Part shown: positions 19,034 to 29,972 of the stretch, one piece after another | Position numbering within the stretch: position 1 is the stretch's first letter | Layout of the letters: each line of letters opens with the position of its first letter | DNA from: Longimicrobiales bacterium | GTDB lineage: Bacteria; Gemmatimonadota; Gemmatimonadetes; Longimicrobiales; Gaopeijiaceae | NCBI GenBank assembly: GCA_965248195.1 | Contig: CBDFIQ010000002.1 | Location: forward strand, 1,792,001-1,856,000 | Reading direction: 5' to 3' | Length of the DNA stretch: 64,000 nt | Translations under genes and position numbers: made by a program | Notes under the pieces: model-generated | The model's input: only the letters and a program-made list of their open reading frames with translations | What the model was told of the DNA's origin: nothing | The model's database searches: none

Positions 19034-20584
19034 GTGGGCGCGAGAGCGAGCGTCCGGTCGAGCTCGGCCGAGAACCCGGATCCGGAAGCACTATTCGACG
19101 TAGCCATCATCGGAGGCGGCCCCGCCGGGGCGGCAGCGGCGGGCCTTCTGGCTGCGTGGGGACATTCGGTCACGGTATTCTCCCGCTCCGGCTCGCCATC
19201 GTCCAGGCTCGCGGAGTCCCTGCCACCTAGCACGCACAAGGTTCTCGATCGCATCGGAGCCTCCAGCGTGATGGACGGCGAGGGGTTCGTGCGGAGCAAG
19301 GGTCACACGGTCTGGTGGGGCGGTTCCGGTCCACGGATAGAAGAATTTCCCGCGGGCAACACGGGATACCAGGTGGTGCGTACCGACCTCGACCGTGTGC
19401 TTCTCGATCTGGCCAAGGCCAACGGTGCGCGTGTCGGAGCGGAGACGACGATCCAGGGTGTGGAGCCGGATGGGGAGGTCTACCGACTCGACCACGCGAC
19501 CACGGGGGACCCGGCCCCAATCAGAGCCCGATGGATCCTGGACTGCTCGGGACGCTCCGGCGTCATCGCACGGCGCGGCTTCCGGCACCAGGAGGAGGGT
19601 CCAACCACGCTCGCCCTCGTGGGTATATGGCGCAGTGAGGAAGGGTGGGATGTTCCGGACCCGACCCACACACTCGTGGAAAGCTACACAGACGGATGGG
19701 CCTGGTCCGTGCCGGTCGACGACCATGTACGCTACGTCGCGCTGATGGTCGATCCGCATGTGACGGGACTGAAGCGGGGGAAAGAGATCGGCCCCATCTA
19801 TCGTTCTGAGGTGGCCAAGACGGAGCGCTTCGCCGCACTACTCGAAGGTGGAGTGCCCCGGGGCGACCCCTGGGCGTGCAACGCGTCGATTTACTCGGCC
19901 CATCGGTTTACCGACAACCGCATGCTGCTCGTGGGTGACGCGGCATGCTTTCTGGATCCCGTTTCTTCCTTCGGCGTCAAGAAGGCCCTAACGTCCGGCT
20001 GGCGTGCCGCGGTCGTCACGCATACGTGCCTGGAACGCCCCGACATGGAGTCCGCCTCTCTCGATTTCTACGAGCGCCGTGAGCGGCGCGTTTATGCCAG
20101 CTACGGAAAACAGTCGGCCGAGGTATTCGGCATCGCCGGCCGAGAGCACCGCCATGAGTTCTGGACCGCCCGCGCCGCCCTGGACGACCGTTACGACGAA
20201 CCGGACGAGGACGGCGAGTTGGACATCGAGAGCCTGAAGCGAGACCCCGACGTACTCACCGCCTTCGACCGGCTCCGCCGCACTCCATCGATCCATCTGC
20301 GGCCGGGCCCGGCTTTGGCCGTGATCGAACGACCGACGATCATCGGACGTGAGGTGGCCATGGAGGAACGGCTCTCGACGCCCTCCATCCCAGGGGGGGT
20401 TCGTTATCTCCGTGGGATCGACTTGAAGCGGGTCCTGGCCATCGCCCCCGATCACGTACAGGTACCGGAGCTGTTCGAGGCCTACTGCCGAATGGGAGAC
20501 CCCGTCATCTTGCCGGATTTCCTGGGCGCCCTCTCGGTCATGATGTCTCGCGGAATCCTCGAGGATCATAAACCGCGCTCGTAA
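19034..20584 (+). CDS. qhpG: FAD-dependent monooxygenase, probable QhpG (CTQ Trp hydroxylase)
   Basis: GGGPAG, ESLPP, GWAWSVP, LVGDAACFLDP; C-terminal extension; proximity to qhpADCBFE. Confidence 0.65.
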   Translation: MGARASVRSSSAENPDPEALFDVAIIGGGPAGAAAAGLLAAWGHSVTVFSRSGSPSSRLAESLPPSTHKVLDRIGASSVMDGEGFVRSKGHTVWWGGSGPRIEEFPAGNTGYQVVRTDLDRVLLDLAKANGARVGAETTIQGVEPDGEVYRLDHATTGDPAPIRARWILDCSGRSGVIARRGFRHQEEGPTTLALVGIWRSEEGWDVPDPTHTLVESYTDGWAWSVPVDDHVRYVALMVDPHVTGLKRGKEIGPIYRSEVAKTERFAALLEGGVPRGDPWACNASIYSAHRFTDNRMLLVGDAACFLDPVSSFGVKKALTSGWRAAVVTHTCLERPDMESASLDFYERRERRVYASYGKQSAEVFGIAGREHRHEFWTARAALDDRYDEPDEDGELDIESLKRDPDVLTAFDRLRRTPSIHLRPGPALAVIERPTIIGREVAMEERLSTPSIPGGVRYLRGIDLKRVLAIAPDHVQVPELFEAYCRMGDPVILPDFLGALSVMMSRGILEDHKPRS

Positions 20585-20787
20585 AACCTCCCTCGCAAAA
20601 TCTCTGGACATGGCATATTCTATGCCTCGACGTCGCTCCTGGGAGCTTCCGGCAACTGACCATCGAACCGGGCGTACGCGGGATAGGCGCGCCGCCGACG
20701 CGCGCCATCCCGAGGCCGAGAAGTCATCGTTGGTGGCCGGTCGAGAGCACTCGCCGAATGTCACTGCAAGATCGACAATAGATCAGC

Positions 20788-20816
20788 TTGCCATGCCACC
20801 CTGGGATTTGTAACAT
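20788..20816 (+). promoter_or_regulatory. Sigma70-like promoter for susC
   Basis: TTGCCA-17bp-TAACAT, ~90 nt before ATG 20908; same form as the island promoter at repeat C1. Confidence 0.5.
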
Positions 20817-20907
20817 GATTTTGAGCAGGGTTGGAGGGTGAAGGGTGGGGGGGCTCGCACCAACGGTGCAGGATAGGACCCGTCGCCATTTCACGCTGGA
20901 GGATGAA

Positions 20908-23853
20908 ATGAAATCGTATGTTTGGTTAATGCTTGTGAGCCTTCTCTTAATGTCTCCGCGTCTCCTAGAGGCGCAAACGATCACAGGTAGGGTACAGGAC
21001 CAGGCCACCGGTGCGCCGCTTGCGGGGGCGCAGGTTTTCATCGCCGAGCTTGATCTCGGCGGCCTGACCCAGGTGACGGGCCAGTACCTCCTGCTGAACG
21101 TCCCGATTGGCACGCACACGCTGACGGTGGAGTTGCTCGGCTACCGGCCGGTGACGAGTACGGTGACAGTGTCCGGTGCAGAGACCGTTGTGCAAAATAT
21201 CTTTATGAATACACAGGCGCTGCAACTAGACGAAATCGTCGTGACGGGCACCGCCTCAGGAGCCCGGTTGCGGGAGATCGGGAACTCCGTCAGCGTGCTC
21301 GACGCCAACATCGCCGAGTTGCAACCCATCGTAAACGTCTCGGATCTTCTGCGGGGCCGGGTGGCCGGGGTCTCGGTCGGGGTTGGGTCGGGTGCGGTGG
21401 GAACCGCTTCCACGATCAAGATCCGTGGCAGCTCGACCATGCGGCTGGTGAACGACGGGCCGCTGATCTATATCGACGGGGTGAGGGTGAACAACCGGAT
21501 GGAATCAGGCTCTGAAGACGTCTCCCGGATCGACGACCTCGATCCGGCGATGATCGAGCGCATAGAGCTGATCAAGGGTCCCGCGGCTGCCACGCTCTAC
21601 GGCACTGAGGCAGCCAACGGCGTACTCCAAATCATAACGAAGAGAGGCGTGATCGGGGCACCCCAGTGGAACTTCACGGTCCGCCAGGGAGCCAACTGGT
21701 TCCGAGACCCCGCGGGACGAACTCCCACCAATTGGGGGGTGAATCCGAACACCGGTCAGGTTGAGTCATTCAATATCATGGAGAACAAGGCGGAGCGAGA
21801 CCTCATGTTCCGCAACGGTCAGCTCCAATATTACGGCTTAGACGTTTCAGGCGGCACGGCTGACTTCCGGTACTTCGTCTCCGGATCCGCTTCGAACGAC
21901 GAAGGCGCGACGTTCAACAACTCGGCGAAAAAGTATAACGGCCGGGTGAACATCACCGCCCAGCCGTCGGACCAGCTGACGATCCAGGCGAACGCCGGCG
22001 TCGGACTGACCCGGATACAACTGCCCAGTGACTTTCCGTATCAAGATGCGGTCTTTGCCAGCGCGATAAGACTGGGCGATGGTGACCTGCGCCGGGGATA
22101 CCGAACTGCACCTCCGGAGGCGAACTACGAAAGGGATGCTGACTTTAACAATGCGAACCGCATAACTGCGGGTATTACGCTGGACCACAGACCGTACAGC
22201 TGGTTCACGCAGCGACTCACGTTCGGCCTGGACGTCACCGACCAGGAGGAGAGCATTTTGAACAACCTCCTGAGTCCTGAGTCGGCGGAGTTCTTCAATG
22301 CACGGAATTCCTCCGGCAGCAAGGAGGTCAATCGCGATGCGGTGCTCTACACCACGTTCGACTACGCGGTAAGCGGCACCCGCACGTTGTCGGATAACTT
22401 CCTTTCCACCACGTCGGGGGGCTTCCAGGTCTATACCAAGTCCATTAACCGGATCACCGCTGAGGGCGTAGGCTTCCCGGCGGTCGGCTTGTCGACCGTT
22501 GGTGCTACGGGCGAGAAGACCTCAGACGAGAGCATCATCGAGAACAACACGGTAGGCGTGTACATCCAGCAGCAGATCGGCTGGCGGGACCGCCTCTTTC
22601 TCACCGCCGCGGTCCGGGCCGACGACAACAGCGCGTTCGGTGAGAACTTCGACCTCGTCTATTACCCGAAGGTAAGCGGATCGTGGGTCCTGAGTGAGGA
22701 ACCGTTCTGGGGACTCGATTTCGTCGATTCGTTCCGCCTTCGGGCCGCCTACGGTGAATCGGGCCAGCAGCCTGATGCCTTCGACGCCCTCCGCAGCTTC
22801 ACCACCCGGTCCGCGCCCTCCGGAACGGCGACGGTGACTCCGGACTCTCCCGGAAACTCCGAACTCGGTCCGGAGCGGGGCGTGGAGATTGAGGCAGGGT
22901 TCGGCGCCAGCTTGTTCAACGACCGCGTCACTCTCGATTTCACCTACTACGACCAGACGACGAAGGACGCTATCGTGGGGCGCAATGTCGCTCCCTCATT
23001 GGGCTTCACCGAGTCGCAGTTCGTGAACATCGGAAGGATCTCGAACAAAGGCGTTGAGGTCGGTTTGGCCGCCCGGATCATCGAAACCCAGGACTTCGAC
23101 TGGGACGTCGACTTCAACTTCAGCACGAACCATAACAAGATCGAAGAGCTCGGCTTGGACGGCTTCCTGCAGTTGGGATGGACCACACGGCATGCGGAAG
23201 GCCGCGCGGTGGGCTCGCTCTTTGCCCCGAGGGTGCTCGAGGCGACGTTGGACGCCAACGGCGTAATCGATCCCGATAGCATGCTCTGCGATGACGGTAC
23301 CGGGCAAGCCGTCCTCACGTGCGACGAAGATGCGTGGATCTACCAAGGGCACCCCGACCCGACCTTTGAGGGGACCTTCTCGTCCGCCATCACCTTCGGC
23401 GATCGGCTCACGCTGTCAGGCCTAGTCCAGGGCAGGCTCGGCCAAACCAAATACGACCTGCAGGGTTGGCGGAGGTACTCCTCTTACCAGCAAACCGAGA
23501 TGAACTTTTTCCCTGAGAGGTTCTTTGTCGGGGACGTCGCCGAAGCCCAATTCGGCAGCAGCGGTGAGTTCGCGTTGTGGGTCAACCCGGCATCCTTTAT
23601 CCGCTTCAAGGAGCTCTCGCTCAGCTACCGGATGCCGGCGGAATGGGTCCAGAGGATCGGCGCCAACCGGGGATCTCTTAGCGTCGCTGCACGCAATCTC
23701 GGAATGATCTGGACCACCTGGCAAGAATTTCCGCACCACGATCCAGAGGTGGTGGATCCCAGCAATACGTTCGAGGGGAACAGAGAGCCGCAGGCGGATG
23801 CCATGACGCCGCCGCTGACCTCGGTGCAACTCACCCTCCGACTCACCATCTAG
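20908..23853 (+). CDS. SusC/RagA-family TonB-dependent receptor
   Basis: N-terminal carboxypeptidase-regulatory-like domain; LDEIVVTG; PLIYIDGV; IELIKGPAAATLYGTEAANGV; 982-codon barrel protein. Confidence 0.95.
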   Translation: MKSYVWLMLVSLLLMSPRLLEAQTITGRVQDQATGAPLAGAQVFIAELDLGGLTQVTGQYLLLNVPIGTHTLTVELLGYRPVTSTVTVSGAETVVQNIFMNTQALQLDEIVVTGTASGARLREIGNSVSVLDANIAELQPIVNVSDLLRGRVAGVSVGVGSGAVGTASTIKIRGSSTMRLVNDGPLIYIDGVRVNNRMESGSEDVSRIDDLDPAMIERIELIKGPAAATLYGTEAANGVLQIITKRGVIGAPQWNFTVRQGANWFRDPAGRTPTNWGVNPNTGQVESFNIMENKAERDLMFRNGQLQYYGLDVSGGTADFRYFVSGSASNDEGATFNNSAKKYNGRVNITAQPSDQLTIQANAGVGLTRIQLPSDFPYQDAVFASAIRLGDGDLRRGYRTAPPEANYERDADFNNANRITAGITLDHRPYSWFTQRLTFGLDVTDQEESILNNLLSPESAEFFNARNSSGSKEVNRDAVLYTTFDYAVSGTRTLSDNFLSTTSGGFQVYTKSINRITAEGVGFPAVGLSTVGATGEKTSDESIIENNTVGVYIQQQIGWRDRLFLTAAVRADDNSAFGENFDLVYYPKVSGSWVLSEEPFWGLDFVDSFRLRAAYGESGQQPDAFDALRSFTTRSAPSGTATVTPDSPGNSELGPERGVEIEAGFGASLFNDRVTLDFTYYDQTTKDAIVGRNVAPSLGFTESQFVNIGRISNKGVEVGLAARIIETQDFDWDVDFNFSTNHNKIEELGLDGFLQLGWTTRHAEGRAVGSLFAPRVLEATLDANGVIDPDSMLCDDGTGQAVLTCDEDAWIYQGHPDPTFEGTFSSAITFGDRLTLSGLVQGRLGQTKYDLQGWRRYSSYQQTEMNFFPERFFVGDVAEAQFGSSGEFALWVNPASFIRFKELSLSYRMPAEWVQRIGANRGSLSVAARNLGMIWTTWQEFPHHDPEVVDPSNTFEGNREPQADAMTPPLTSVQLTLRLTI

Positions 23854-23868
23854 GGGGGAGCTAGAATC

Positions 23869-25242
23869 ATGGCTAGAATCATGGCAGAACTAGTGAGAGA
23901 GCATGCCCTATCGACGAACCTCAAGCCACAAACGGGAGCTGCACACATGCGATGGACCTTATGGGGATTCAGACCTTTCATGATCAGTGTCACTCCCGCA
24001 CTCGCGCTCTGTTCGACTGTCCTCCTCGGGGCGTGTGACGTGCTGGACGATCTTCTCATGGTGGAGGCTCCCTCCAGAGTCGTGGCGAGCGACCTGGATG
24101 ATCCGGCGGCCGCCGGGCTCCTCACGACGAGCGTGGCCAACGAATTCCGGTGTGCCTTCACCCACTATGTAGCCGCGAGCGCCCTCACCGGGATGGAGTT
24201 CACCACTGCGAACCAGAGCTCTTCCCTGAATATATGGGAGCAGCGGAGACACGACACGAGCGGATTCGGGTCTCAGTACGCGGACGGCGACTGCGGGAGT
24301 GGTAATCCGGAACTATACACGCCCCTCTCCAGAACCCGGTGGCTCGCCGACGAGGTGCTGACTAGTCTCGACGGTTGGACGGTGGGCGAGGTCGCCGACA
24401 AGGCGGCGTTGGAAGCCGAGGTCGCCGCATATGCAGGGTACAGCTACGTGTTCTTGGGTGAATCCATGTGCTCCGTAGCCTTCGACGCGGGGCCGGAGCA
24501 GACCATAGCGGATGCGTTCGAGCTCGCGGTGGCTCGTTTCGACAAGGCAATTGCGGCGGCGGGCTCGAGCGGCCAATTCCTGAACCTGGCCAGGGTCGGA
24601 AAGGCCCGAGCACTCCTGAACCTCAATCGGAAGTCCGAAGCCGCGGCGGTCGCCGCCCTGGTCCCGAGCGGCTTCACGTTCACGCTGGGTTACTCCAACG
24701 CTGAAGACGTGACGCGTAACAAAGAGTGGGAGTTGAACGTGCGCGACTTCGACGTCACGGTCGGAGTCCTTTTCCGGAATCTGTCTTTCGCTGGAGTGCC
24801 CGATCCCCGAGTCGCGGTGACGGACGAGGGGGTCACCGGCACAGGCACATCCATTGACATCTGGACGGCGGACAAATACCCCTCTGCCGACACCCCCATC
24901 GAGCTAGCCAGCTGGGAGGAGGCGCAGCTGATCATGGCGGAGGCCGCCTTGGAGGCCGGGCCGCTCTCGGATGCCGTCACCATTATCAACACGCTCCACA
25001 CCAACGTCGGTCTGCCGGCCTTCGCAAGCGTCGACGCTGGCGAGATCCTGGACCAGATCATCTACGAGCGCTCGGCCGAACTCTTCTTGGAGAGCCACCA
25101 CCTCCAGGATATCAAGCGCCTCAACATCACGCTATTCCCGGTGGCAGGGACGGACACCGACCAGGGAAGCTCGTACTCAGACCAGATATGCTTCCGCCTT
25201 CCGGCCCTCGAGTTCCAGAACAACTCGAACATCGCCGGTTAG
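23869..25242 (+). CDS. SusD/RagB-family lipoprotein (true start probably later)
   Basis: LLGAC lipobox; ARALLNL; EAQLIMAEA; ERSAELFLE.H...D.KR. Confidence 0.9.
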   Translation: MARIMAELVREHALSTNLKPQTGAAHMRWTLWGFRPFMISVTPALALCSTVLLGACDVLDDLLMVEAPSRVVASDLDDPAAAGLLTTSVANEFRCAFTHYVAASALTGMEFTTANQSSSLNIWEQRRHDTSGFGSQYADGDCGSGNPELYTPLSRTRWLADEVLTSLDGWTVGEVADKAALEAEVAAYAGYSYVFLGESMCSVAFDAGPEQTIADAFELAVARFDKAIAAAGSSGQFLNLARVGKARALLNLNRKSEAAAVAALVPSGFTFTLGYSNAEDVTRNKEWELNVRDFDVTVGVLFRNLSFAGVPDPRVAVTDEGVTGTGTSIDIWTADKYPSADTPIELASWEEAQLIMAEAALEAGPLSDAVTIINTLHTNVGLPAFASVDAGEILDQIIYERSAELFLESHHLQDIKRLNITLFPVAGTDTDQGSSYSDQICFRLPALEFQNNSNIAG

Positions 25243-25304
25243 ACGGCGAAGACTGGGGGCGAGGTTGTCCGGGGAACGGCGGTGACGGACTCGGTCGTGG
25301 TCCG

Positions 25305-25759
25305 TCACCGCCGCCCCGTCAAAATATTGATCACGCCAGCCGGATGCCCGGTGCCCCAGCGGGTTGTCGCGTCGGCGGCCCTGACGAGTTCGATTCGTCG
25401 GATCTGATTGGGGGTAATCTGGTGAAGCGTGTTGAGACCCCCATGCCGAATTCCGTCGATGTACACGACAGGATACGCCGCGCCCGGGTTGATAAAGGAA
25501 ATCTGGCCGCGGGATCGGAGCCAGTTGGGGCGTAGGCGTTCGATCAGTTCAAAAGCATCGGGATCGGAGTTTCCACGGCGTCGGATCTCTGCGCGGAGGA
25601 TCTCGTCCAGTGACCCCCGCTCATCCCCAGCCACCGCAGCCGACGGGGGGTTGAACGTATCAGCTGGGCTCCCCAGGCGCCGAGGGAGACTGCGGCGGCG
25701 AGGCTGAGAACGCTGGCCTTGGCCCGACAGCGCATGGGATGAAACGGGCAACGTATCAT
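25305..25759 (-). CDS. Stand-alone TonB-plug-domain lipoprotein, apparent frameshift at 25671-25674
   Basis: LRPNWL...PVVYIDG...IRRIE...ATTRWGTGHPAGVI. The signal peptide LSLAAAVSLGA is in another frame; adding one C gives LGA-C-GSP. Confidence 0.7.
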
Positions 25760-26052
25760 GGCATGGCCTCGGTGCTATCCAGAGTAAGCAGGCCTGTAAG
25801 TTACCACCCTCCTCCTTTCTTCGCAGGCTCTTCTGGCTAGATCAACGAAGGGCTCGACATCCTGTAAATGTGCTTCGAGCACCTTTGCGCCTGATTCAGG
25901 TCGAAGTGTTTCCGGACGCATCGCGACCGCTCGTCCTGGATAGACCTGGAAGAGTGCACGCACGGATCTCGGCAGCCGGCCTAGCGCCATCCTCGTGAGG
26001 CGTGTAGCCTGCTAAGCCTACGGAAACCACACCTCGGCAGAGACGGGCTCAT

Positions 26053-26478
26053 ATGAGAACACGGGTCCCCCTAGCGCAGCGGTTCATAGCCGCATTCCTT
26101 CTCGCGCTGCTAACGGGATGCCAGAGTTGGCACCCTACAACTCTCAGCCCACGGGCATTGATCCCCGAAGAACGGCCGTCATCCGTGCGCATCACGCTGA
26201 CGAACGGAGCGATCATGACCGTCACGGACCCGGCTATGAGAAATGACTCCATCGTTTCCGCCGAGTTTGGCGTAGCAGCATGGGCCTCACGAGATGTTCG
26301 CTTGCTCGAGGTGCGGCGCTTTAGCCCTGGGAAGACAATCGGCCTCTTCCTTGTCACCGTCGCGTTCGCGGCTAGCTGGGCCAGCATCGTGCCTGGCAAT
26401 AGTGGATCATCCGTTAACGGGGCACCGCCTTTGCCAAAAGATACGCGAGTGCCGCTGGCGCCACACGTGGGGTGGTAA
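26053..26478 (+). CDS. Hypothetical lipoprotein, paralog of 9420-9791
   Basis: LTGC lipobox; CQSWHPTTLSP...EVRRFSPGKT. Confidence 0.75.
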   Translation: MRTRVPLAQRFIAAFLLALLTGCQSWHPTTLSPRALIPEERPSSVRITLTNGAIMTVTDPAMRNDSIVSAEFGVAAWASRDVRLLEVRRFSPGKTIGLFLVTVAFAASWASIVPGNSGSSVNGAPPLPKDTRVPLAPHVGW

Positions 26479-26766
26479 CAGCCGTCGCCCCCAGAGGGCA
26501 CTCGATGAGGATCTATTCGACAGGTCGGAGCTCGCGCCGGAGTCCGTCGCGGTGTGCGGACCGGACCCATACCGCTCCGAAGCGTGAGCGCATCGTGCCC
26601 TTCGTGCCCTCGCGCCACTGGATCCGTCCGCCACGCCTTCTTCGCAAGCATGTCGGCCAGCTACACACCCGAGAGCCCTCGCCGAATGTGGGTTCACGCC
26701 CTATTCTTATCCGCCATGTGGGAGCTTCAGTGGAAGCTCCCGAACCGCATCCAAGCCAGGCTAGTC

Positions 26767-28491
26767 ATGAGTAAATTCGCAGGCTCGTTCTTCAGGTCCC
26801 ATCCCGGGCTCGGTTTCCTCGTGTGCCTCATGACGTCTTTCGCACTGCCCGCCGCCGCTCAGGGCCAATCCGTGTCGGACGCCGACGGCGAAGGAACGCC
26901 GATCGAGAACGACCTCGTCGTCGAACATTGCGCTTCGTGCCACACACGGGACGATGCCGGCCGAATGACTCGGCTGTCCTATATGAGGAAGACGCCGGAG
27001 GGGTGGCAGACCTCGATCCGGAGGATGGTCTCGCTCAACGACGTGGACCTCGACCCAGCGACGGCCCGGGAAATCGTCCGGTATCTGGCCAACCAACACG
27101 GCGTCGCGCCGGAAGAGCTACGGGCCGGGCTTTTCGAGGTCGAGCGCCGACTCATCGACTTCGAGTACGAAGCGGACGAGGACACGGAGACGACGTGCAC
27201 CCAGTGCCACTCCATGGGGCGCGTCATCACCCAACGTCGGACCACAGAGGAGTGGGGCCTCCTCATGGCCATGCACCGCGGATATTATCCGCTTACGGAT
27301 ACCCAAGCCTTCCGGTACTTGGGTCCCACACCCGGCAGCTCCGAAGCTCCGGATGACACCCGGCACCCCATGGACAAGGCGATCGAGCACCTATCCCAGG
27401 AGTTCCCGCTCGAGACACCCGAGTGGAGCGACTGGTCGGCAACCATGCAGCCCGCACAAATCGCGGGTACGTGGGCCGTGTCGGCGGTTCAACCCGGGTA
27501 TGGTCGCCTCTTCGGGCAACTGACCCTAGAGCGGGTACCGGGCAAAAACGACGAGTTCACGACCTCGACCACCCTCACCTATGCGCGCTCCGGCGACACC
27601 GTGGTGCGCAGGGGAAGCTCGATCGTCTACACGGGCTATCAGTGGCGCGGCAGCTCGGTCCTCGAAGATGGGCGGGACCCGCTTCGAGAGGTTCTCTTCG
27701 TGGAGCGGGACTGGCAGCAAATCTCAGGACGCTGGTTTACGGGGGCCTACGACGAGTTGGGCTTCGACGTCCACCTGTACCGTGTCGGCAACGACCCGAT
27801 GATCCTCGGCATGGAGCCCCGGGCGCTGAGAGCCGGATCCGCGGGCCAGGAGATCCGGATTTTCGGAGCCAGCCTACCCCGGGTACTCCCATCCGGGGCT
27901 GTGAACCTCGGACCCGGAATCACCGTGCGACGAGTGGTTCGGTCTGACGGCAACTCAGCTACCCTCATCGTCGACGTAGACGAGGACGCATCCGTGGGGC
28001 CACGGGACATTTCGATTTCCGGTGCCCGCCGTCCAGAGAGCGGATTCGTCTACGACCAGGTCCACGCCATCCGAGTGAGCCCCGAGTGGGGAATGGCACG
28101 CATCGGAGGCGGGCCTATGCCGAAGAGCTACACCCAGTTCGAGGCCCGGGCCTACCATCGAGGCACGGACGGAAGGATGGGGACCGACGATGACGTCGAT
28201 CTCGGCGTCGTAGACGCCACTTGGAGCATGGAGGAATACTCGGCCACGTTCGACGACGACGACATAGAGTTCGTCGGCGAAATCGATGCGCGTACCGGAT
28301 TCTTCACTCCGGCACTGGACGGCCCCAATCCCGAACGGAGCGGAAATCGCAACAACATCGGCGACGTATGGGTCATCGCGAACTTCTCGCCACCGGAGGG
28401 ACAGGCCGATCGGCCGCTTCAGGCTCGTGCGCACCTCATCGTCACGGTACCGCTCTACATGCGCTGGGATCCGTGGGGAGACCTGCCATGA
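26767..28491 (+). CDS. qhpA: Quinohemoprotein amine dehydrogenase alpha subunit (di-haem c)
   Basis: Signal peptide; CASCH and CTQCH; RKTPEGW; YTGYQWRG; GPNPER..NN.GD; LIVTVP. Confidence 0.95.
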   Translation: MSKFAGSFFRSHPGLGFLVCLMTSFALPAAAQGQSVSDADGEGTPIENDLVVEHCASCHTRDDAGRMTRLSYMRKTPEGWQTSIRRMVSLNDVDLDPATAREIVRYLANQHGVAPEELRAGLFEVERRLIDFEYEADEDTETTCTQCHSMGRVITQRRTTEEWGLLMAMHRGYYPLTDTQAFRYLGPTPGSSEAPDDTRHPMDKAIEHLSQEFPLETPEWSDWSATMQPAQIAGTWAVSAVQPGYGRLFGQLTLERVPGKNDEFTTSTTLTYARSGDTVVRRGSSIVYTGYQWRGSSVLEDGRDPLREVLFVERDWQQISGRWFTGAYDELGFDVHLYRVGNDPMILGMEPRALRAGSAGQEIRIFGASLPRVLPSGAVNLGPGITVRRVVRSDGNSATLIVDVDEDASVGPRDISISGARRPESGFVYDQVHAIRVSPEWGMARIGGGPMPKSYTQFEARAYHRGTDGRMGTDDDVDLGVVDATWSMEEYSATFDDDDIEFVGEIDARTGFFTPALDGPNPERSGNRNNIGDVWVIANFSPPEGQADRPLQARAHLIVTVPLYMRWDPWGDLP

Positions 28492-29948
28492 GCACTCCTG
28501 CCACCGCGGGTCTCGCCCTACGTGAGTTTCACCCGTTCGAGGCTGCCGGGGAGCACTTCCTCTACATGGTGCCAAGCGCCGGCGTGTTCCATGTCGACAC
28601 ACCCTCGTGGGAGGTGCTGAGGACCTTGGACGGGCAGCCCATGTCCGCCGCCGACCTGACGACGGCGCTGGCGGACCGCTATCGAGCCCACGAGGTGGCC
28701 AATGCCATCCAGGAGCTCCAGGAGATCCAGGCCATCGGCGACGTGCGCCTACCCCCGGCGGGATACCTGCCGGTCATCCCGCCCCAGGACTTCCCGCTCA
28801 CGACGATGGTCCTCAACGTCACGAACAAGTGCAATCTGGCCTGCACCTACTGCTACGAGTACGGCGAGGACAAGATCGTCGACACGGATTTCGGCGCGAA
28901 GCCGAAGTTCATGAGCGAAGAGACGGCTCGCGAGTCCGTCGACTTCATGTTCCGGGAATCGGGCAGCAATCGGGTCGCCAACCTCACGTTCTTCGGCGGG
29001 GAGACGCTCCTCAATTTTAAGGTGCTGCAAAAAACGCTCACCTATGCGCGGGAGCAGGCGGTCATCCTGGGGAAGGAGGTGCAGTTCAGCCTCACGACGA
29101 ACGCCACGCTGCTGCGCCCGGAGATCATCGAGTGGCTCGTCGACAACCAGGTGGGGGTGACCATCTCCATCGACGGGCCGAAGGAGTCGCAGGACCAGTT
29201 CCGGGTCTTCAACAACGGGATGGGCAGCTACGAGCTGGTCCTGCCCAAGATCAAGGAGCTCCTGAAGCGCCACACGGCCCACCTCATCGGCGCACGGGTG
29301 ACGCTGACCAAGCAGAATCTGGACGTCATGAAGATCTTCCGGCATCTCACCGAAGATCTCGGATTCTGGTCGGTGGGCTTCGCACCCGTGACGACCGCCG
29401 ACGGGCGAGACTACGCCATCGAGGGGGACGGCTTCAGCTCGATGCTGGCGCAGTTCGCCGAGCTCGCCCAGGAGTTCAAGGAGGCGGCTCTCGAGAATCG
29501 TCACCATGGATTCTCCAACCTGAATGAGACCCTCGAAGAGATCCACAAGGGGATGAGCAAGGCGTTTCCGTGCGGGGCCGGCCTGGGCTTGATGGGTGTG
29601 GCGACGGACGGCGATGTGGCGCTGTGCCATCGTTTCGCCGGCTCGGACGAGCACAAGATCGGGTCGGTGCAGAACGGAATGGACCGGGGAAAGCAGTCTC
29701 GCTTCCTGGAGATGCATCACATTGCGAACAAGACGGACTGCCATACATGTTGGGCTCGCCCACTGTGCGCCGGAGGGTGCTACCACGAGGCCAACACACG
29801 GTACGGAACCACGGCGCAGCCGAACCTCCACTACTGTGATTGGATCCGTAGCTGGACCGATACGTGCCTTCAGGTCTACGGCGAGATCGCGACCCACAAT
29901 CCCAACTTTTTGAGGCAGTACGACACCCCGGCTCCAGTGCCGGCCTGA
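28488..29948 (+). CDS. qhpD: Radical SAM/SPASM thioether-crosslinking maturase
   Basis: CNLACTYC; CGAG, CHRF, CHTCWARPLCAGGC; ATGA overlap with qhpA. Confidence 0.95.
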   Translation: MSTPATAGLALREFHPFEAAGEHFLYMVPSAGVFHVDTPSWEVLRTLDGQPMSAADLTTALADRYRAHEVANAIQELQEIQAIGDVRLPPAGYLPVIPPQDFPLTTMVLNVTNKCNLACTYCYEYGEDKIVDTDFGAKPKFMSEETARESVDFMFRESGSNRVANLTFFGGETLLNFKVLQKTLTYAREQAVILGKEVQFSLTTNATLLRPEIIEWLVDNQVGVTISIDGPKESQDQFRVFNNGMGSYELVLPKIKELLKRHTAHLIGARVTLTKQNLDVMKIFRHLTEDLGFWSVGFAPVTTADGRDYAIEGDGFSSMLAQFAELAQEFKEAALENRHHGFSNLNETLEEIHKGMSKAFPCGAGLGLMGVATDGDVALCHRFAGSDEHKIGSVQNGMDRGKQSRFLEMHHIANKTDCHTCWARPLCAGGCYHEANTRYGTTAQPNLHYCDWIRSWTDTCLQVYGEIATHNPNFLRQYDTPAPVPA

Positions 29949-29972
29949 GGAGGCCCGCATGAGAGGAAAGAC

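Noticed and set aside
19034..20584. Flavin-dependent halogenase
   Set aside because: It has a WxWxxP motif, but GFVRSKG has Ser where halogenases have the catalytic Lys (F..K.G), and the qhp context favours QhpG. Not fully excluded.
20611..20625. Sigma54 promoter TGGCATATTCTATGC upstream of susC
   Set aside because: GG-N10-GC spacing fits, but the -12 is imperfect, no enhancer-binding protein is nearby and a better sigma70-type promoter lies closer.
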